A stretch of 64,000 bases of DNA from Bacillota bacterium (GCA_029003555.1 JAQYCE010000050.1:10-64009), one strand, 5' to 3'; counted from the first letter of the stretch, positions 39,889 through 50,549 are shown. Program-made: numbers and translations. The notes: generated by a model from the sequence alone, not told the origin.

Positions 39889-41028
39889 TTATTTGGCAGA
39901 ATCACCATACTGCTCTTCGATACGCTTTGTGTATTCGTCAACAGATTCTTCTTTGTAGTCCAGGCGCTTGAGCTCAGCGTCTTCAGGCTTCAATACCTTG
40001 ACGTAGTCATGCCAGTAGTAAGAAGAAACGTCGTTACCGTCTAAGAGTTTGATGGCAACTTCAGCAGCGGTGTGGGCCTGGTTGAAGTAGTCATTCAAAA
40101 CGGTACCGGTAAATTCGCCCTTGCCCAGAAGTTCAACGACTTCAGGAAGAGCATCAACGCCGACCAGGTAGATGTCTTCGTTGACTTTGCGGCCGGCGCC
40201 ATCGATAGCCTGCTTGGCACCCAGAGCCATTCCGTCGTTGTTGCAGAAGATAACTTCAACGTCTTTACCATACTGGGAAAGAGCATTGGCGGCGATTTCC
40301 TGACCCTTGGCCTGGTCCCAGTTTCCTCTCTGGGGTTCGCCCAGGGATTCAGCGGGGATGGTCTTCTGGAGGGTTTCTACGGAGTACTTGGTTCTCTGTT
40401 CAGCATCAACGTTACCGGCGTCACCCATGATCATGATATAGTTGACCTTGCCGTCGCCATTGATGTCACCCTTGTTCTCAAGAGCGGCAATCATTTCACC
40501 CTGGTAGATTCCGGACTGACGAGCGTCAACACCAACGTAGGTGGTCTTTCCGGGCCAGATTTCCATGGTTTCGGTATTGGCTTCGCGGTTGATCAGGACG
40601 ACAGGGATGTTGGCCTGTTTAGCAGAATTGATAACCTGGTCAGCACCGGTCGGGTCGACGAGGTTGGCAATGATCAAGTCCTTGCCCTGAGCAATGAAGT
40701 TGTTGAGCTGTTCGGTCTGGGTGGCCTGGTCGTTCTTTCCGTCCTGGAATTCGACGTTGTAGGTCACGCCATTCTTTTCCCCGAGTTCCTTGAAGTACTT
40801 GGCCAGTTCTTCACGGTACTGGGTCATAAAGTTATCGTTGTACTGGTAAATAGCGACACCGATGTCATAGCTTTTACCTTCAGCCGGTTTTTCAGCAGGT
40901 TCTTCCTGGCTCTGGCTTTCAGCAGGAGCTTCGGAGCTCTCAGCGGGAGTTTTGTTGCCACAGGCGGCAAAGGTAATCACCATTGCAAAGGCAACAAGGA
41001 TCATGAGTAACTTTTTACTTGTTTTCAT
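39889..41028 (-). CDS. mglB: Galactose-binding lipoprotein
   Basis: Lipobox 'FAAC', 'IYQYNDNFM', 'NWDQAKG', 'CNNDGMALGA', 'GVDAL', 'GTVLND'. Confidence 0.9.
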   Translation of the reverse strand: MKTSKKLLMILVAFAMVITFAACGNKTPAESSEAPAESQSQEEPAEKPAEGKSYDIGVAIYQYNDNFMTQYREELAKYFKELGEKNGVTYNVEFQDGKNDQATQTEQLNNFIAQGKDLIIANLVDPTGADQVINSAKQANIPVVLINREANTETMEIWPGKTTYVGVDARQSGIYQGEMIAALENKGDINGDGKVNYIMIMGDAGNVDAEQRTKYSVETLQKTIPAESLGEPQRGNWDQAKGQEIAANALSQYGKDVEVIFCNNDGMALGAKQAIDGAGRKVNEDIYLVGVDALPEVVELLGKGEFTGTVLNDYFNQAHTAAEVAIKLLDGNDVSSYYWHDYVKVLKPEDAELKRLDYKEESVDEYTKRIEEQYGDSAK

Positions 41029-41336
41029 TCATTCCTCCTTAGAATATAGCGATGCTTCCAGCATAACTATTTGTAAGACAACGTTTCCAACAGAGACCAC
41101 AGATTATTCAAAATAATCTGTCCGCCCTATTGGAATTCGTCTTACTCATCTTACATTATTTTTACATCTTTGACAAATCTTTATGAGATCCAAACCAGTG
41201 AAAATGATCTCATGCTGTTCAATCCTTATTTTCTTTTTCGATCCTAAGTTTCTTCAATTGCCTCTCTTGATCTCTTTTCACATAAATAACGGCAATAAAA
41301 TGTATTGCATTATTCAACACATTAATAGTTCCCCTT

Positions 41337-43214
41337 CTAGATAGCTGTATAATACTGGGCCTGGGCCATCCAAAGATCATGGTATTTCCCTTTCCCACCA
41401 GCAAGAAGGTTTTCGTGGGATCCTTGCTGAATAATCCTCCCCTCATCAAATACTGCAATTTCATCACAAAATTTACAAGAGGACAGACGGTGCGAAATAA
41501 AGATTGTTGTTTTATTTTGAGCGACTCGGTCAAACTTGCTATATATTTCTGCCTCAGCTATGGGATCCAAGGCTGCCGTGGGCTCATCCAAGACAATAAA
41601 GGGGGCATCCTTATATAGGGCTCGGGCAATGGCAATCTTCTGGGCTTCTCCACCTGACAAATCCACTCCCTTTTCCGAGAGATCCTTATAAAGCATGGTA
41701 TCCAGTCCCTTTTCCATCCTGCACAATCTCTCCCCAAATCCGGCTTCCACCAGAGCATCTCGAGCTTTTTCCCGGTTATAGTTACTACGACCCGCCACGT
41801 TATTTCCTAGAGCTTGTGCCAAGAGCTGAAAATCCTGAAAGACAACAGCAAAGAAAGCCATGTATTCATCATAGTTATAGTCCCGGATGTCGACCCCATT
41901 AAGAAGGATTTGCCCCTCCTGGGGATCATAAAGACGGCAAAGAAGCTTGATAAAAGTGGTTTTCCCACTTCCATTTTCACCCACGATCGCTAGACGGTGC
42001 CCCTGCTGAAAACGAAAGTTGATATGGCGAAGGGCCCAAAGATCAGAACCCGGATATTGAAAAGAGACATCCCTAAATTCCACTTCATACCGGCGAGCTC
42101 TTTCCTTGTCAAGGCTTCGCTCTCCCTTTCCCATGGCATTGGGAATGTCCAAAAATTGGTAAATGGAGGTCAGGAATTCCGCATTGGTCTGCATATGGTT
42201 AACCGTTTCCAAGACCAGAGCGACATTTCCTGAGAAGGAGGTGACGGCCCGAACGTATTGGGTAACACTCCCAATCCCAAAGGCACCCCCTAAGGCTTTT
42301 AAGCAGACAAAAAGATAAATTCCACCGGATAAAAGGGCAGAGAGCCCTGCAGCGAAACCAGTCCTCAGCCCGACGGTAGTGGTTAGCAGTCGGTCAAAGT
42401 GTGAACCCACGCCAAAGATATTGACGGTATCCACATAATGGTCCATGAGGTCGCCCTGACGGTAGATCCGGCGGTCCATATCTTTTTCTTTATTTCCCAA
42501 GGGGATAAAACAAAAATGAGCGAATAAGCGGTTCCCGAACCTCGACTCCTCCGCCAAATCACTCCAAACGGAATTGGCCTTCTTGCCCAGGGCCGGCCCC
42601 AGAAAAGTCACGCCAAGAATGAAAAGGAGAATCATGGCGATGAAGGTCGGATGGTTAAGGAGGGTCAAATCTCCCCCCGATGGGGGAACCATTTGGGTAA
42701 ACAGGCTGACCGTCAAAGCAAAGGCTGATAGGATCCCAAAAAGACCTTCAACCGCTTGAGAAAAATACATGGTCAGATAATCGAAACCCCACCCTCCCCA
42801 ATTGGTACTTTGCTGAATTTGGGTGAAGAGGTCCCGGACTTCCTGTTTATCGCAGTCCGCATAATCCATCTGAAGAAATTTTTCCGTATAAAGAGACTCA
42901 TATTGGTTATAAAAGAGTTCCTCTTTCACATTTTTCCACCGGTCCAAAACCGCCTGAAGGAAGTCAGTCGCAATCGTGATGACCAGGATGAGAATAACCC
43001 AGCGTCCCAAGACATCAGGTCGGCGAAAGGAAGCCAGCTCATTAATTAGCTGGGCGGAGAGCCAGATAGAGACATAGGGAGAAATGGCTTTTACTCCGGC
43101 GGCAAAGATGAAAGGGACGAAGCAGGCCGGAGAAAGCCGGTTCATGTCGGCCACCGCTCTCCGGTGGATGGCCAGGCTTTCCCGAAAGCCAATTGTGCTA
43201 CTTTTGTTTTCCAT
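41337..43214 (-). CDS. ABC exporter subunit (TMD+NBD)
   Basis: TM domain, 'GENGSGKTT', 'LSGGEAQK', 'LDEPT', 'ISHRL'; start trimmed to ATG 43214. Confidence 0.9.
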   Translation of the reverse strand: MENKSSTIGFRESLAIHRRAVADMNRLSPACFVPFIFAAGVKAISPYVSIWLSAQLINELASFRRPDVLGRWVILILVITIATDFLQAVLDRWKNVKEELFYNQYESLYTEKFLQMDYADCDKQEVRDLFTQIQQSTNWGGWGFDYLTMYFSQAVEGLFGILSAFALTVSLFTQMVPPSGGDLTLLNHPTFIAMILLFILGVTFLGPALGKKANSVWSDLAEESRFGNRLFAHFCFIPLGNKEKDMDRRIYRQGDLMDHYVDTVNIFGVGSHFDRLLTTTVGLRTGFAAGLSALLSGGIYLFVCLKALGGAFGIGSVTQYVRAVTSFSGNVALVLETVNHMQTNAEFLTSIYQFLDIPNAMGKGERSLDKERARRYEVEFRDVSFQYPGSDLWALRHINFRFQQGHRLAIVGENGSGKTTFIKLLCRLYDPQEGQILLNGVDIRDYNYDEYMAFFAVVFQDFQLLAQALGNNVAGRSNYNREKARDALVEAGFGERLCRMEKGLDTMLYKDLSEKGVDLSGGEAQKIAIARALYKDAPFIVLDEPTAALDPIAEAEIYSKFDRVAQNKTTIFISHRLSSCKFCDEIAVFDEGRIIQQGSHENLLAGGKGKYHDLWMAQAQYYTAI

Positions 43215-45018
43215 TCCTCTCCCCTCCTTCCCGGTAATAGCGGCTTTGAACCTCAAAAAGATCCGCATAAGGACCACCTTTAGCGACCAGGTCCTCATGT
43301 TTTCCCTCTTCAAGAATGCCACCGTCAGCAATAAAAAGAATCCGGTCACAGAAGCGGGTGGAAGCCAAACGGTGTGAGATAAAAAGGGAGGTCTTGCCTG
43401 CCGTCATCCCCTCGTACTTTCGATAGATCTCGCTTTCTGCAAGCGGATCCAGGGCTGCCGTGGGTTCATCCAAAACAAGGATAGGACCATCTTTATAAAG
43501 AGCCCGAGCCAGCATCAATCTTTGGGTTTGACCGCCGGAAAGAACAATTCCGTCTAAATACACTTCCCGGCCAAGATGGGTGTCCATCCCCTTGGGGAGC
43601 CTCTCTATGGTTTCCTTTAATCCTGCTTGGTCCAGGCAGCGGAGGACCTTTTCTCGATCAAAATCCGCTGTCTGGGCAACACATTCGGCAATCGTGGTAT
43701 CAAGAATTGAAAAATCCTGGAAGACGCCGGAAATAAGAGCATAGTATTCCCTACGGTTGAAGGCCCGAATATCTTGCCCGTTCAAGAGGACCCGACCCTC
43801 CGTAGGGTCGTAGAAACCACAAAAAAGCATGACCATTGTCGTCTTCCCCGCCCCATTCAGGCCCACCACAGCCAGTCTTTCACCGGGATGGATCGTCAGG
43901 TTGATATGGTCCAAAATTTTCTTATCGCTTCCCGGATAGGCAAAGGAGACGTCCTCAAAAGTTAACTCATAGTCATGGGCCAAAGGCAAAGGAAGGCCTT
44001 CCTCAAAGGAAAAAGGCTCCGGTAAGTGAAGGTATTCCTGGATTCGGGAAAGGGCGAGACTCTCTTTATGGAGCTGGTTGAATTGGGTCAAAATTCCCGT
44101 AATCCATGCCGTAAACCCGCCCACTGCAGAAAACAATAGTAGGAACTTGGATGCGGGCCAGCCCAGGTCCAAGGTCTGCTTGATCAAATAGGCATAGATT
44201 GCCCCATTCCGGAGGAAGCTGAGGACCACATCCACCACGTTCGCCCAAAGATAGGCCTTCTCCCTCCGAGCGATGAAGGCGGATAAGGCCTTCATGGATT
44301 TCATCCTCAGTTCCCTTAGCCAAGGAGCCAGGCCAAAAATCCGGATCTCCTTGGCCAATGCCAACTCACGCGGCTTGACTAAAAAGTAATTGATCTCCTT
44401 GTCGTAAACTTCCCTTTCTTCCTTGTGGCGGTATTCCCATTCATAAATATAATGAGTGATAAAAAAACCTGCTATCGCCGTCCCCATAACCAACAAAAGG
44501 AGGAGAGAATTGATATTCGAGAGCAAAAAAAGATAGACGATAAACCCTACCAGGTTTGTCAGAAGATCCGTAATGGTCCGCCAAATATGCTCAGCTGCAT
44601 CGCTATTCCCATTGGTTGCCCGCTTGGCTTGGGCCTCCAATTTCAAAATTGCAGGGTCATGAACATTGGGATAGGAGGTGTCCAGGTTCTTTCTCGTTAA
44701 TTTTCGAATGATGGCTGTACGAACATCGATTTCCCCCGGCATCCGGATGGTGGCAAGGTAGGCATTCAAAGCCTGGAAAAGAAAAAGACCACCGGTAAAT
44801 AGGCAGATGGTAAGGAAAAGTTCTTGGACAGAAGCCTCCTTCTCTACCTGTGCCAAGATCTCCGGTGCAATAAATAGTTGGATCAGGTTAAGGGCTAGAG
44901 AAACACTGACCACCGCCAGGCAGATGAAGAGGACACGTTTTTGGCTTTCCCAAGCCGTGGCCGCCATGAAGGTCACGTTCTCCCAAATCGTATATTTAGC
45001 TTTTTCATTCTCTTTCAT
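43198..45018 (-). CDS. ABC exporter subunit (TMD+NBD)
   Basis: TM domain, 'GLNGAGKTT', 'LSGGQTQR', 'LDEPT', 'ISHRL'. Confidence 0.9.
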   Translation of the reverse strand: MKENEKAKYTIWENVTFMAATAWESQKRVLFICLAVVSVSLALNLIQLFIAPEILAQVEKEASVQELFLTICLFTGGLFLFQALNAYLATIRMPGEIDVRTAIIRKLTRKNLDTSYPNVHDPAILKLEAQAKRATNGNSDAAEHIWRTITDLLTNLVGFIVYLFLLSNINSLLLLLVMGTAIAGFFITHYIYEWEYRHKEEREVYDKEINYFLVKPRELALAKEIRIFGLAPWLRELRMKSMKALSAFIARREKAYLWANVVDVVLSFLRNGAIYAYLIKQTLDLGWPASKFLLLFSAVGGFTAWITGILTQFNQLHKESLALSRIQEYLHLPEPFSFEEGLPLPLAHDYELTFEDVSFAYPGSDKKILDHINLTIHPGERLAVVGLNGAGKTTMVMLFCGFYDPTEGRVLLNGQDIRAFNRREYYALISGVFQDFSILDTTIAECVAQTADFDREKVLRCLDQAGLKETIERLPKGMDTHLGREVYLDGIVLSGGQTQRLMLARALYKDGPILVLDEPTAALDPLAESEIYRKYEGMTAGKTSLFISHRLASTRFCDRILFIADGGILEEGKHEDLVAKGGPYADLFEVQSRYYREGGERNGKQK

Positions 45019-45026
45019 GCTCCCCC

Positions 45027-46049
45027 CTAAATTGAAGCAAAAAACCGCTCCATCCCATCCATGAGGTCATAGGACTTGGACTTCATTTCCACATCCATTT
45101 CGAAGAGCTTCCGGTGGAGGGCATAGAGTTCCTCCAGAGAATACTTATCCACAAAGCCCAAAAGCTTCCGGTATTCAAAGGAGGATAGGCCCAGGCGCCG
45201 GGTCCCCTCCCCCAGGGAGATTCTCCGGGCCTTGAGGAGCTTGACTCCAATCAGGTTACGGACCTGACGGACGGTCATATTAAAAACCATCCCGGATTCC
45301 ATGGAAATCTTTCGGAAGTCCTGGAAGATGGACAGGCAGTCGGACCGCTTGCGACCCCCAAAGGCATCCATGAGGGCAAAGATGGATTCCTCCAAGGGAT
45401 CGGCCAGGGCAGCCTTGGCCTCCTCCAAAGAAAGTTTTCCCTCCCGGCTCATCCCCAGGGCCACGTCGACCATATTGGCCACAGAAAAGAGAGTGGTCTC
45501 CGACTTGTAGTCCAGGTAGCCTGACCGGTCGGCCAGGAAGGCGGGCAGGGCCTTGTCCGCCCGTACCCCCTTGGCCCCCATCCTTTTCTGGATGAAGGAT
45601 TCCAAGGACCGGCGGTCCAGGCGGTAGAGGTCCACGATTTGGAGATAGGGGGCCATAGCTTTGAAGACCTTCCCCTTAAAGGGGGCCTGGCCCAAAAAGT
45701 GGAGGAAGAGGATGGTGGACCGGTTGGGTTCTTTCAGGTAGCCAGCGAGGATCTCAAGAAGGGCCTCATTCTTCTTGACCTCATCCCTCTGGAGGGGGAC
45801 ATTTTCAATGACGATGGCCCGCCGGTCCCCCATAAAAGGCAGGGTCTCTGTCGCCGTCAGGAAGGATTCGCCGGTCAGGTCCTCAAAGGCCACTTCCTGG
45901 TAATTGAAATCCAGGAAGTTCCCTCCCAAGAGGTCTTTTTGAATGACCTCTTTCATGGAATCCCAAAGGAAGGGCTCGGTCACCCGGACCAGGTAGGCCG
46001 GTGCCCTCGTCCCCTCATCCACTTGTCGAATCCATTCCACGTAATTCAT
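45027..46049 (-). CDS. holA: DNA polymerase III delta subunit
   Basis: 'LDFNY', 'ETLPFMGDRR', 'ESIFALMDA', 'MDVEMKS'; length about 340 aa. Confidence 0.82.
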   Translation of the reverse strand: MNYVEWIRQVDEGTRAPAYLVRVTEPFLWDSMKEVIQKDLLGGNFLDFNYQEVAFEDLTGESFLTATETLPFMGDRRAIVIENVPLQRDEVKKNEALLEILAGYLKEPNRSTILFLHFLGQAPFKGKVFKAMAPYLQIVDLYRLDRRSLESFIQKRMGAKGVRADKALPAFLADRSGYLDYKSETTLFSVANMVDVALGMSREGKLSLEEAKAALADPLEESIFALMDAFGGRKRSDCLSIFQDFRKISMESGMVFNMTVRQVRNLIGVKLLKARRISLGEGTRRLGLSSFEYRKLLGFVDKYSLEELYALHRKLFEMDVEMKSKSYDLMDGMERFFASI

Positions 46050-46061
46050 GACAATCCTTTG

Positions 46062-47132
46062 CTATTGGTTCTTCACATCCTGCCATAGTTCATTATAGAC
46101 CTGGGTGAAATCCCCCATATCCTTGAAGGCTTCCAGCCGGTCCACCCGGCTTAGGTCCGGATAGGCCACAGGATCCTCCCGAACTTCCTCCGGGAGGGCC
46201 TCCTTGCCGGCAGTGGATGGCAGGGAGTAGCCGATATATTCGGCATTGATGGCCATGATGTCGGGCCGGGACATGAAGTTGATAAAGGCCTCGGCATTTT
46301 CCTTGTTGGCCGCCCCCTTGGGGATGGCCCAGGCATCAAACCAGATGTTGGTTCCCTCCTTGGGGATGACATAGGCCAGGTTCTCATTCCGCTCCAGGGC
46401 TTCAACGGCATCCCCGGAAAACATGACGGCCAGGGCGCACTCGTCGTTGATCATGACGTCCTTGATCTGGTCCACCAGGTAGGCATAGACCAGGGGGCGT
46501 TGGGCGATGAGGTCCTGCTGGGCCTCGGCCAACTCCTCCTCCTTCTCGGAGTTCAGGGAGTAGCCCCGGCGGATGAGGCCGATGGCGAAGGAATCCCGGG
46601 TGGAATCCATCATGAGGATATTTCGGCGGTAGTCCTCCTTCCAGAGGATGTCCCAGGAATCCACCTCCTCATGGACCATGGTCTTATTATAGACGATGCC
46701 GACCGTCCCCCAAAAGTAGGGGACCGAGTATTCCTGGGTCGGATCGTAGGCCTGGTGGAGGAATTTCTTGTCGATGTATTCCATATTGGGAATCTTGTCG
46801 TAGTCGATCTTTTCCAGGAGTCCGGCCTTCTTCATCTTGTCCAGCATGTAGTCGGAAGGGCAGATGAGGTCGTAGTTTGCGCCGCCGGATTGGATCTTGA
46901 CAAAGAGGTCCTCATTGGTCGCAAAGGTGGAGTAGACCACCTTGATCCCGGTTTCCTCCTCGAATTGTTTGACCAAGCTGGGGTCAATGTACTCCCCCCA
47001 GTTATAAATATTCACCACATTTCCGGTCGTTGTTCGGGTTTTCCGGCAACCGGTTAAAAGAGGGAGAAAGAGAACCAGGCTCAAGACTAGAGCCAGGGCA
47101 AGCATGCCTTTCTTTTTACAAAAATGAACCAT
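46062..47132 (-). CDS. potD: Spermidine/putrescine-binding lipoprotein
   Basis: Lipobox 'LTGC', 'IYNWGEYID', 'PSDYM', 'PYFWGTVGI', 'PKEGTNIWFD'. Confidence 0.93.
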   Translation of the reverse strand: MVHFCKKKGMLALALVLSLVLFLPLLTGCRKTRTTTGNVVNIYNWGEYIDPSLVKQFEEETGIKVVYSTFATNEDLFVKIQSGGANYDLICPSDYMLDKMKKAGLLEKIDYDKIPNMEYIDKKFLHQAYDPTQEYSVPYFWGTVGIVYNKTMVHEEVDSWDILWKEDYRRNILMMDSTRDSFAIGLIRRGYSLNSEKEEELAEAQQDLIAQRPLVYAYLVDQIKDVMINDECALAVMFSGDAVEALERNENLAYVIPKEGTNIWFDAWAIPKGAANKENAEAFINFMSRPDIMAINAEYIGYSLPSTAGKEALPEEVREDPVAYPDLSRVDRLEAFKDMGDFTQVYNELWQDVKNQ

Positions 47133-47133
47133 A

Positions 47134-47913
47134 TCAAATTCCTCCTTCCAGGGCTTGGAGGGACTTCTTGTTCACGCTCAAAAGGAGGAGGAGCATGGCC
47201 AGGAAGAGGAGGGTGGACATGGCGTTGATCTCCGGGTTGATCCCCCGCCGGGCCATGGAATAGACCAGGGTGGAGATGGTGTCGACCCCGTTTCCGGTGG
47301 TAAAGAAAGAAATGGCGAAGTCGTCGATGGAGATGGTGAAGGCCATGAGGGCGCCGGAAACAATCCCCGGCTTCATGTAGGGCAGGACCACATAGCGGAG
47401 GGTCTGGAAGGGGGTAGCCCCCAGGTCCATGGCCGCTTCCGGGAGAGCCTTGGGCATGGTGACCAGGCGGGGAAGGACGGAGAGGACCACATAGGGGACG
47501 CAGAAGCCCACATGGGAGAGGAGGAGGGTGGCAAAGCCTGAGGGCAGACGGAAGAGGGCATAGAGGGCCATAAAACCCACCGCGGTCACGATGTCGGGAT
47601 TGATGACGATGATCTGGTTAATCACCGTGAGGGCCCGCTTGGCCCTCTTCCGGTAATAGTAGATGGCCAATGCGCCCAGGCTTCCGATCAGGGTGGCGAA
47701 AAGCGTGGCCAGGAGGGCCACCAGGAGGGTGTTCCGGAGGGCCAGGAGGATGGCCTCATTCCCCATGAGGCTTTGGTACCACTTCAGAGAGAAGCCCTCC
47801 CACCTCCCCCGGTTCTTCCCCGCATTGAAGGAAAAGACCATGAGAACCAGGATGGGGGCATAGAGAAAGAGATAAATCAGGGCCATGTAGACCCGTCTCA
47901 GGTGCTTGTTCAT
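47134..47913 (-). CDS. potC: Spermidine/putrescine ABC permease
   Basis: 'FLYAPI..FSFN', 'EAAMDLGA', 'SIDDF', 'PEINAMST'. Confidence 0.92.
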   Translation of the reverse strand: MNKHLRRVYMALIYLFLYAPILVLMVFSFNAGKNRGRWEGFSLKWYQSLMGNEAILLALRNTLLVALLATLFATLIGSLGALAIYYYRKRAKRALTVINQIIVINPDIVTAVGFMALYALFRLPSGFATLLLSHVGFCVPYVVLSVLPRLVTMPKALPEAAMDLGATPFQTLRYVVLPYMKPGIVSGALMAFTISIDDFAISFFTTGNGVDTISTLVYSMARRGINPEINAMSTLLFLAMLLLLLSVNKKSLQALEGGI

Positions 47914-48740
47914 GACTTTCCTCCTTTCCCGGATCTCTTCCTGGTGATTTCCTCTTCTTCCTCCTTGGTAAAAAGAAGGGAGAGGACCAGGAAGACCATG
48001 AGGATAACGGCCATGGAAAAGCCGTAATTCCAATTCCCCGTCACGGTAAATTGCTGTTCAATCACGTTTCCGATCAAATTGGTCTTGTTCCCGCCCAGGA
48101 GGGTGGAAATTTCAAAGGTGGAGATGGCGGGGATGAAGACCATGGAGATGCCGGAGAAGACCCCGGGCAGGGAAAGGGGGAAGGTGACCCGGCGGAAGGT
48201 CTGGAGTCGGTTTGCCCCCAGGTCGTTGGCTGCCTCCACCAGGGACCGGTCCATTTTGGAAAGAGAAGTGTAGATGGGGAGGACCATGAAGGGGAGGAAG
48301 TTATAGACCATGCCCAGGATGACGGCGTACTCCGTATAGAGGAGGTCAACCGGCCCCATCCCCAGGGAGACCAGGATGGTGGAGATGATTCCCTTCCGGG
48401 AAAGGAGGGTCATCCAGGAGTAGGTCCGAAGGAGGAAGTTCATCCACATGGGAATAATAATCAGGGTCATGGCCATGGGCCGGAAGCGGATGGATGTTTG
48501 GGCGATGAAATAGGCCATGGGATAGCCCAGGGCCAGGCAGATCAGGGTGGAGAGGAAGGCCACCCGGAGGGACTTGACCAGGGTGACCAGGGCCGGCCCG
48601 GTAAAGAAATGCTGGAAGTTGACCAGGCTGAATGACCCGTCCAGACTGAAGGCATAGTAAAAGGTCATGACCAGGGGGACCAGGACAAAAATGAGGGCCC
48701 AGAGGAGGTAGGGGCTGGTCAAGCGCCGGTAGCCCCTCAT
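47910..48740 (-). CDS. potB: Spermidine/putrescine ABC permease
   Basis: '[11 protein letters not shown]', '[12 protein letters not shown]', 'EAANDLGA'. Confidence 0.92.
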   Translation of the reverse strand: MRGYRRLTSPYLLWALIFVLVPLVMTFYYAFSLDGSFSLVNFQHFFTGPALVTLVKSLRVAFLSTLICLALGYPMAYFIAQTSIRFRPMAMTLIIIPMWMNFLLRTYSWMTLLSRKGIISTILVSLGMGPVDLLYTEYAVILGMVYNFLPFMVLPIYTSLSKMDRSLVEAANDLGANRLQTFRRVTFPLSLPGVFSGISMVFIPAISTFEISTLLGGNKTNLIGNVIEQQFTVTGNWNYGFSMAVILMVFLVLSLLFTKEEEEEITRKRSGKGGKS

Positions 48741-49789
48741 GAGTGGACCTCCGCCCGGGGCGTTTTATGCATATTTTGGATATTTTCGGGGTCGATGTAG
48801 ATGCCGACCATGGACCCCACGGGGGCGGTCCTGGTGGATTGGGCCAGGTAGACTTCGCTCCCGACCTGGAGCTGCATTTCGTAGTGGACCCCCTTGAAGA
48901 GGGAGGTCAGGACCTGGCCTTGGAGCATGCCCTTTTCCACGGGAACCAGCTCCACATCCTCCGGGCGAATGACCACGTCCACCCTCTCCCCTGCCGGGAA
49001 GGCTTCATCCAAGCAGGTGAAGGTGTGGCCGGAGAAGGTCACCTTGTCCCCTGCCTCCATGACCCCTTCGACGATATTGGACTCCCCGATAAAGTCGGCC
49101 ACAAAACGGTTGACCGGCTCATTGTAGATGTCGATGGGACGCCCGATCTGCTGGATATGGCCCTGGTTCATGACGACGATCCGGTCGGACATGGTCAGGG
49201 CCTCTTCCTGGTCGTGGGTGACGAAGATAAAAGTAACCCCGGTTTCCCGCTGGATCCTCTTAAGTTCAATCTGCATTCCCTTCCGGAGCTTAGCATCCAG
49301 GGCTGCCAGGGGCTCATCCAAAAGAAGGACCTCCGGCTCATTGACCAGGGCCCGGGCGATGGCCACCCGTTGCTGCTGGCCACCCGAAAGCTGGTCGATG
49401 GTCCGCTTCTGAAAGCCGGATAAGTTTAATAAGCCCAGGATGTCATCCACCCGGGTCTTGATTTCTTTTTTGGGAACTTGTTTCAGGGCCAGGCCAAAGG
49501 CCACGTTGTCCTCCACATTGAGGTGGGGGAAAAGAGAATATTGCTGAAAAACCGTGTTGACCTCTCGGAGATGGGCAGGAAGGTCAGTGATGTCTTTTCC
49601 GTGGAAATAGACCTTCCCCTCATCCGGCTGGGTGAAGCCTCCGATGATCCGGAGGGTGGTTGTTTTCCCGCAGCCCGAAGGGCCAAGCAAGGTGAGGAAT
49701 TCATCCTCAATAATCGTTAGGTCTAAGTGGTCAAGGATGAGGTCATCACCAAAGGACTTAGACACGCCCACCAAATGTATTTGCTCCAT
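48737..49789 (-). CDS. potA: Spermidine/putrescine ABC ATPase
   Basis: 'GPSGCGKTT', 'LSGGQQQR', 'VTHDQEEA', TOBE-like C-terminus. Confidence 0.93.
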   Translation of the reverse strand: MEQIHLVGVSKSFGDDLILDHLDLTIIEDEFLTLLGPSGCGKTTTLRIIGGFTQPDEGKVYFHGKDITDLPAHLREVNTVFQQYSLFPHLNVEDNVAFGLALKQVPKKEIKTRVDDILGLLNLSGFQKRTIDQLSGGQQQRVAIARALVNEPEVLLLDEPLAALDAKLRKGMQIELKRIQRETGVTFIFVTHDQEEALTMSDRIVVMNQGHIQQIGRPIDIYNEPVNRFVADFIGESNIVEGVMEAGDKVTFSGHTFTCLDEAFPAGERVDVVIRPEDVELVPVEKGMLQGQVLTSLFKGVHYEMQLQVGSEVYLAQSTRTAPVGSMVGIYIDPENIQNMHKTPRAEVHS

Positions 49790-49979
49790 GTGTTTCTCCT
49801 TTCCTCTCTTCCGGCTGGAAAGCTGCCTGGTCGGGTTCCCGAATGTAGTAGCTTTAGTAGAGCAATTGATTTATTGAATGTTGAAGATTGGGTATAGTTT
49901 AAAGTGACGTCTTATTATACACGTCCAGACCAGAATTTACGATACGAAATCAAGGAAAAATGCTTGAAAGGAGCACGAA

Positions 49980-50492
49980 ATGAATAAAAGAACCGGATTC
50001 AAAATGGGCGACAGCGAACTGACCCTCTTAGGGACAGAAATCAAGGTGGGTGACCAGGCCCCTGACTTCAAGGCCGTTGACAAGGAACTCAACCCCGTCA
50101 GCCTGAAAAACTTCGACGGCAAGGTCAAGATCTTCTCCGCCGTCCCCTCCCTGGACACCCAGGTCTGCGAACTCCAGACTATGCGCTTCAACGAAGAAGT
50201 TGAAAAAATGGGCGATGAGGTCCGCCTCATGACCATCTCCATGGACCTCCCCTTTGCCGCCCAGCGTTTCTGCTCTTCCCACGATATCGAAAACTCCGTC
50301 ATGGCCTCGGACTACCAGGACCGGTCCTTCGCCGAGAACTATGGCGTCCTCATCGATGAGCTCAAGCTCATCAACCGGTCCATCTTCGTCATCGACCGGG
50401 ACAACAAGGTCCAGTATGTGGAGTATGTGGAACAGAACACCAACTTCCCCGACTTCGACAAGGCACTGGAAGCCGCTAAGGCTTGCCTGTAA
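49980..50492 (+). CDS. tpx: Thiol peroxidase
   Basis: 'VPSLDTQVC', 'SMDLPFAAQRFC'. Confidence 0.93.
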   Translation: MNKRTGFKMGDSELTLLGTEIKVGDQAPDFKAVDKELNPVSLKNFDGKVKIFSAVPSLDTQVCELQTMRFNEEVEKMGDEVRLMTISMDLPFAAQRFCSSHDIENSVMASDYQDRSFAENYGVLIDELKLINRSIFVIDRDNKVQYVEYVEQNTNFPDFDKALEAAKACL

Positions 50493-50499
50493 TTAAGGG

Positions 50500-50549
50500 A
50501 AACAAAAAACCGGCAGGATGGATGACTCCTTCCAGCCGGTTTTTTGTTT
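50500..50549. terminator. Bidirectional terminator between tpx and apt
   Basis: AAACAAAAAACCGGC...GCCGGTTTTTTGTTT inverted repeat between convergent genes. Confidence 0.8.

Noticed and set aside
40072-41010. Long antisense ORFs opposite mglB, and likewise opposite pyrB (62531-63448), AKR (24798-25601), mtaB and galK
   Set aside because: Mirror frames of strongly biased genes, fully overlapping confident CDSs and lacking domains.
41219-41533. 104-aa minus-strand ORF overlapping the ABC gene 3' end
   Set aside because: Alternate frame, no RBS, no recognisable motif.
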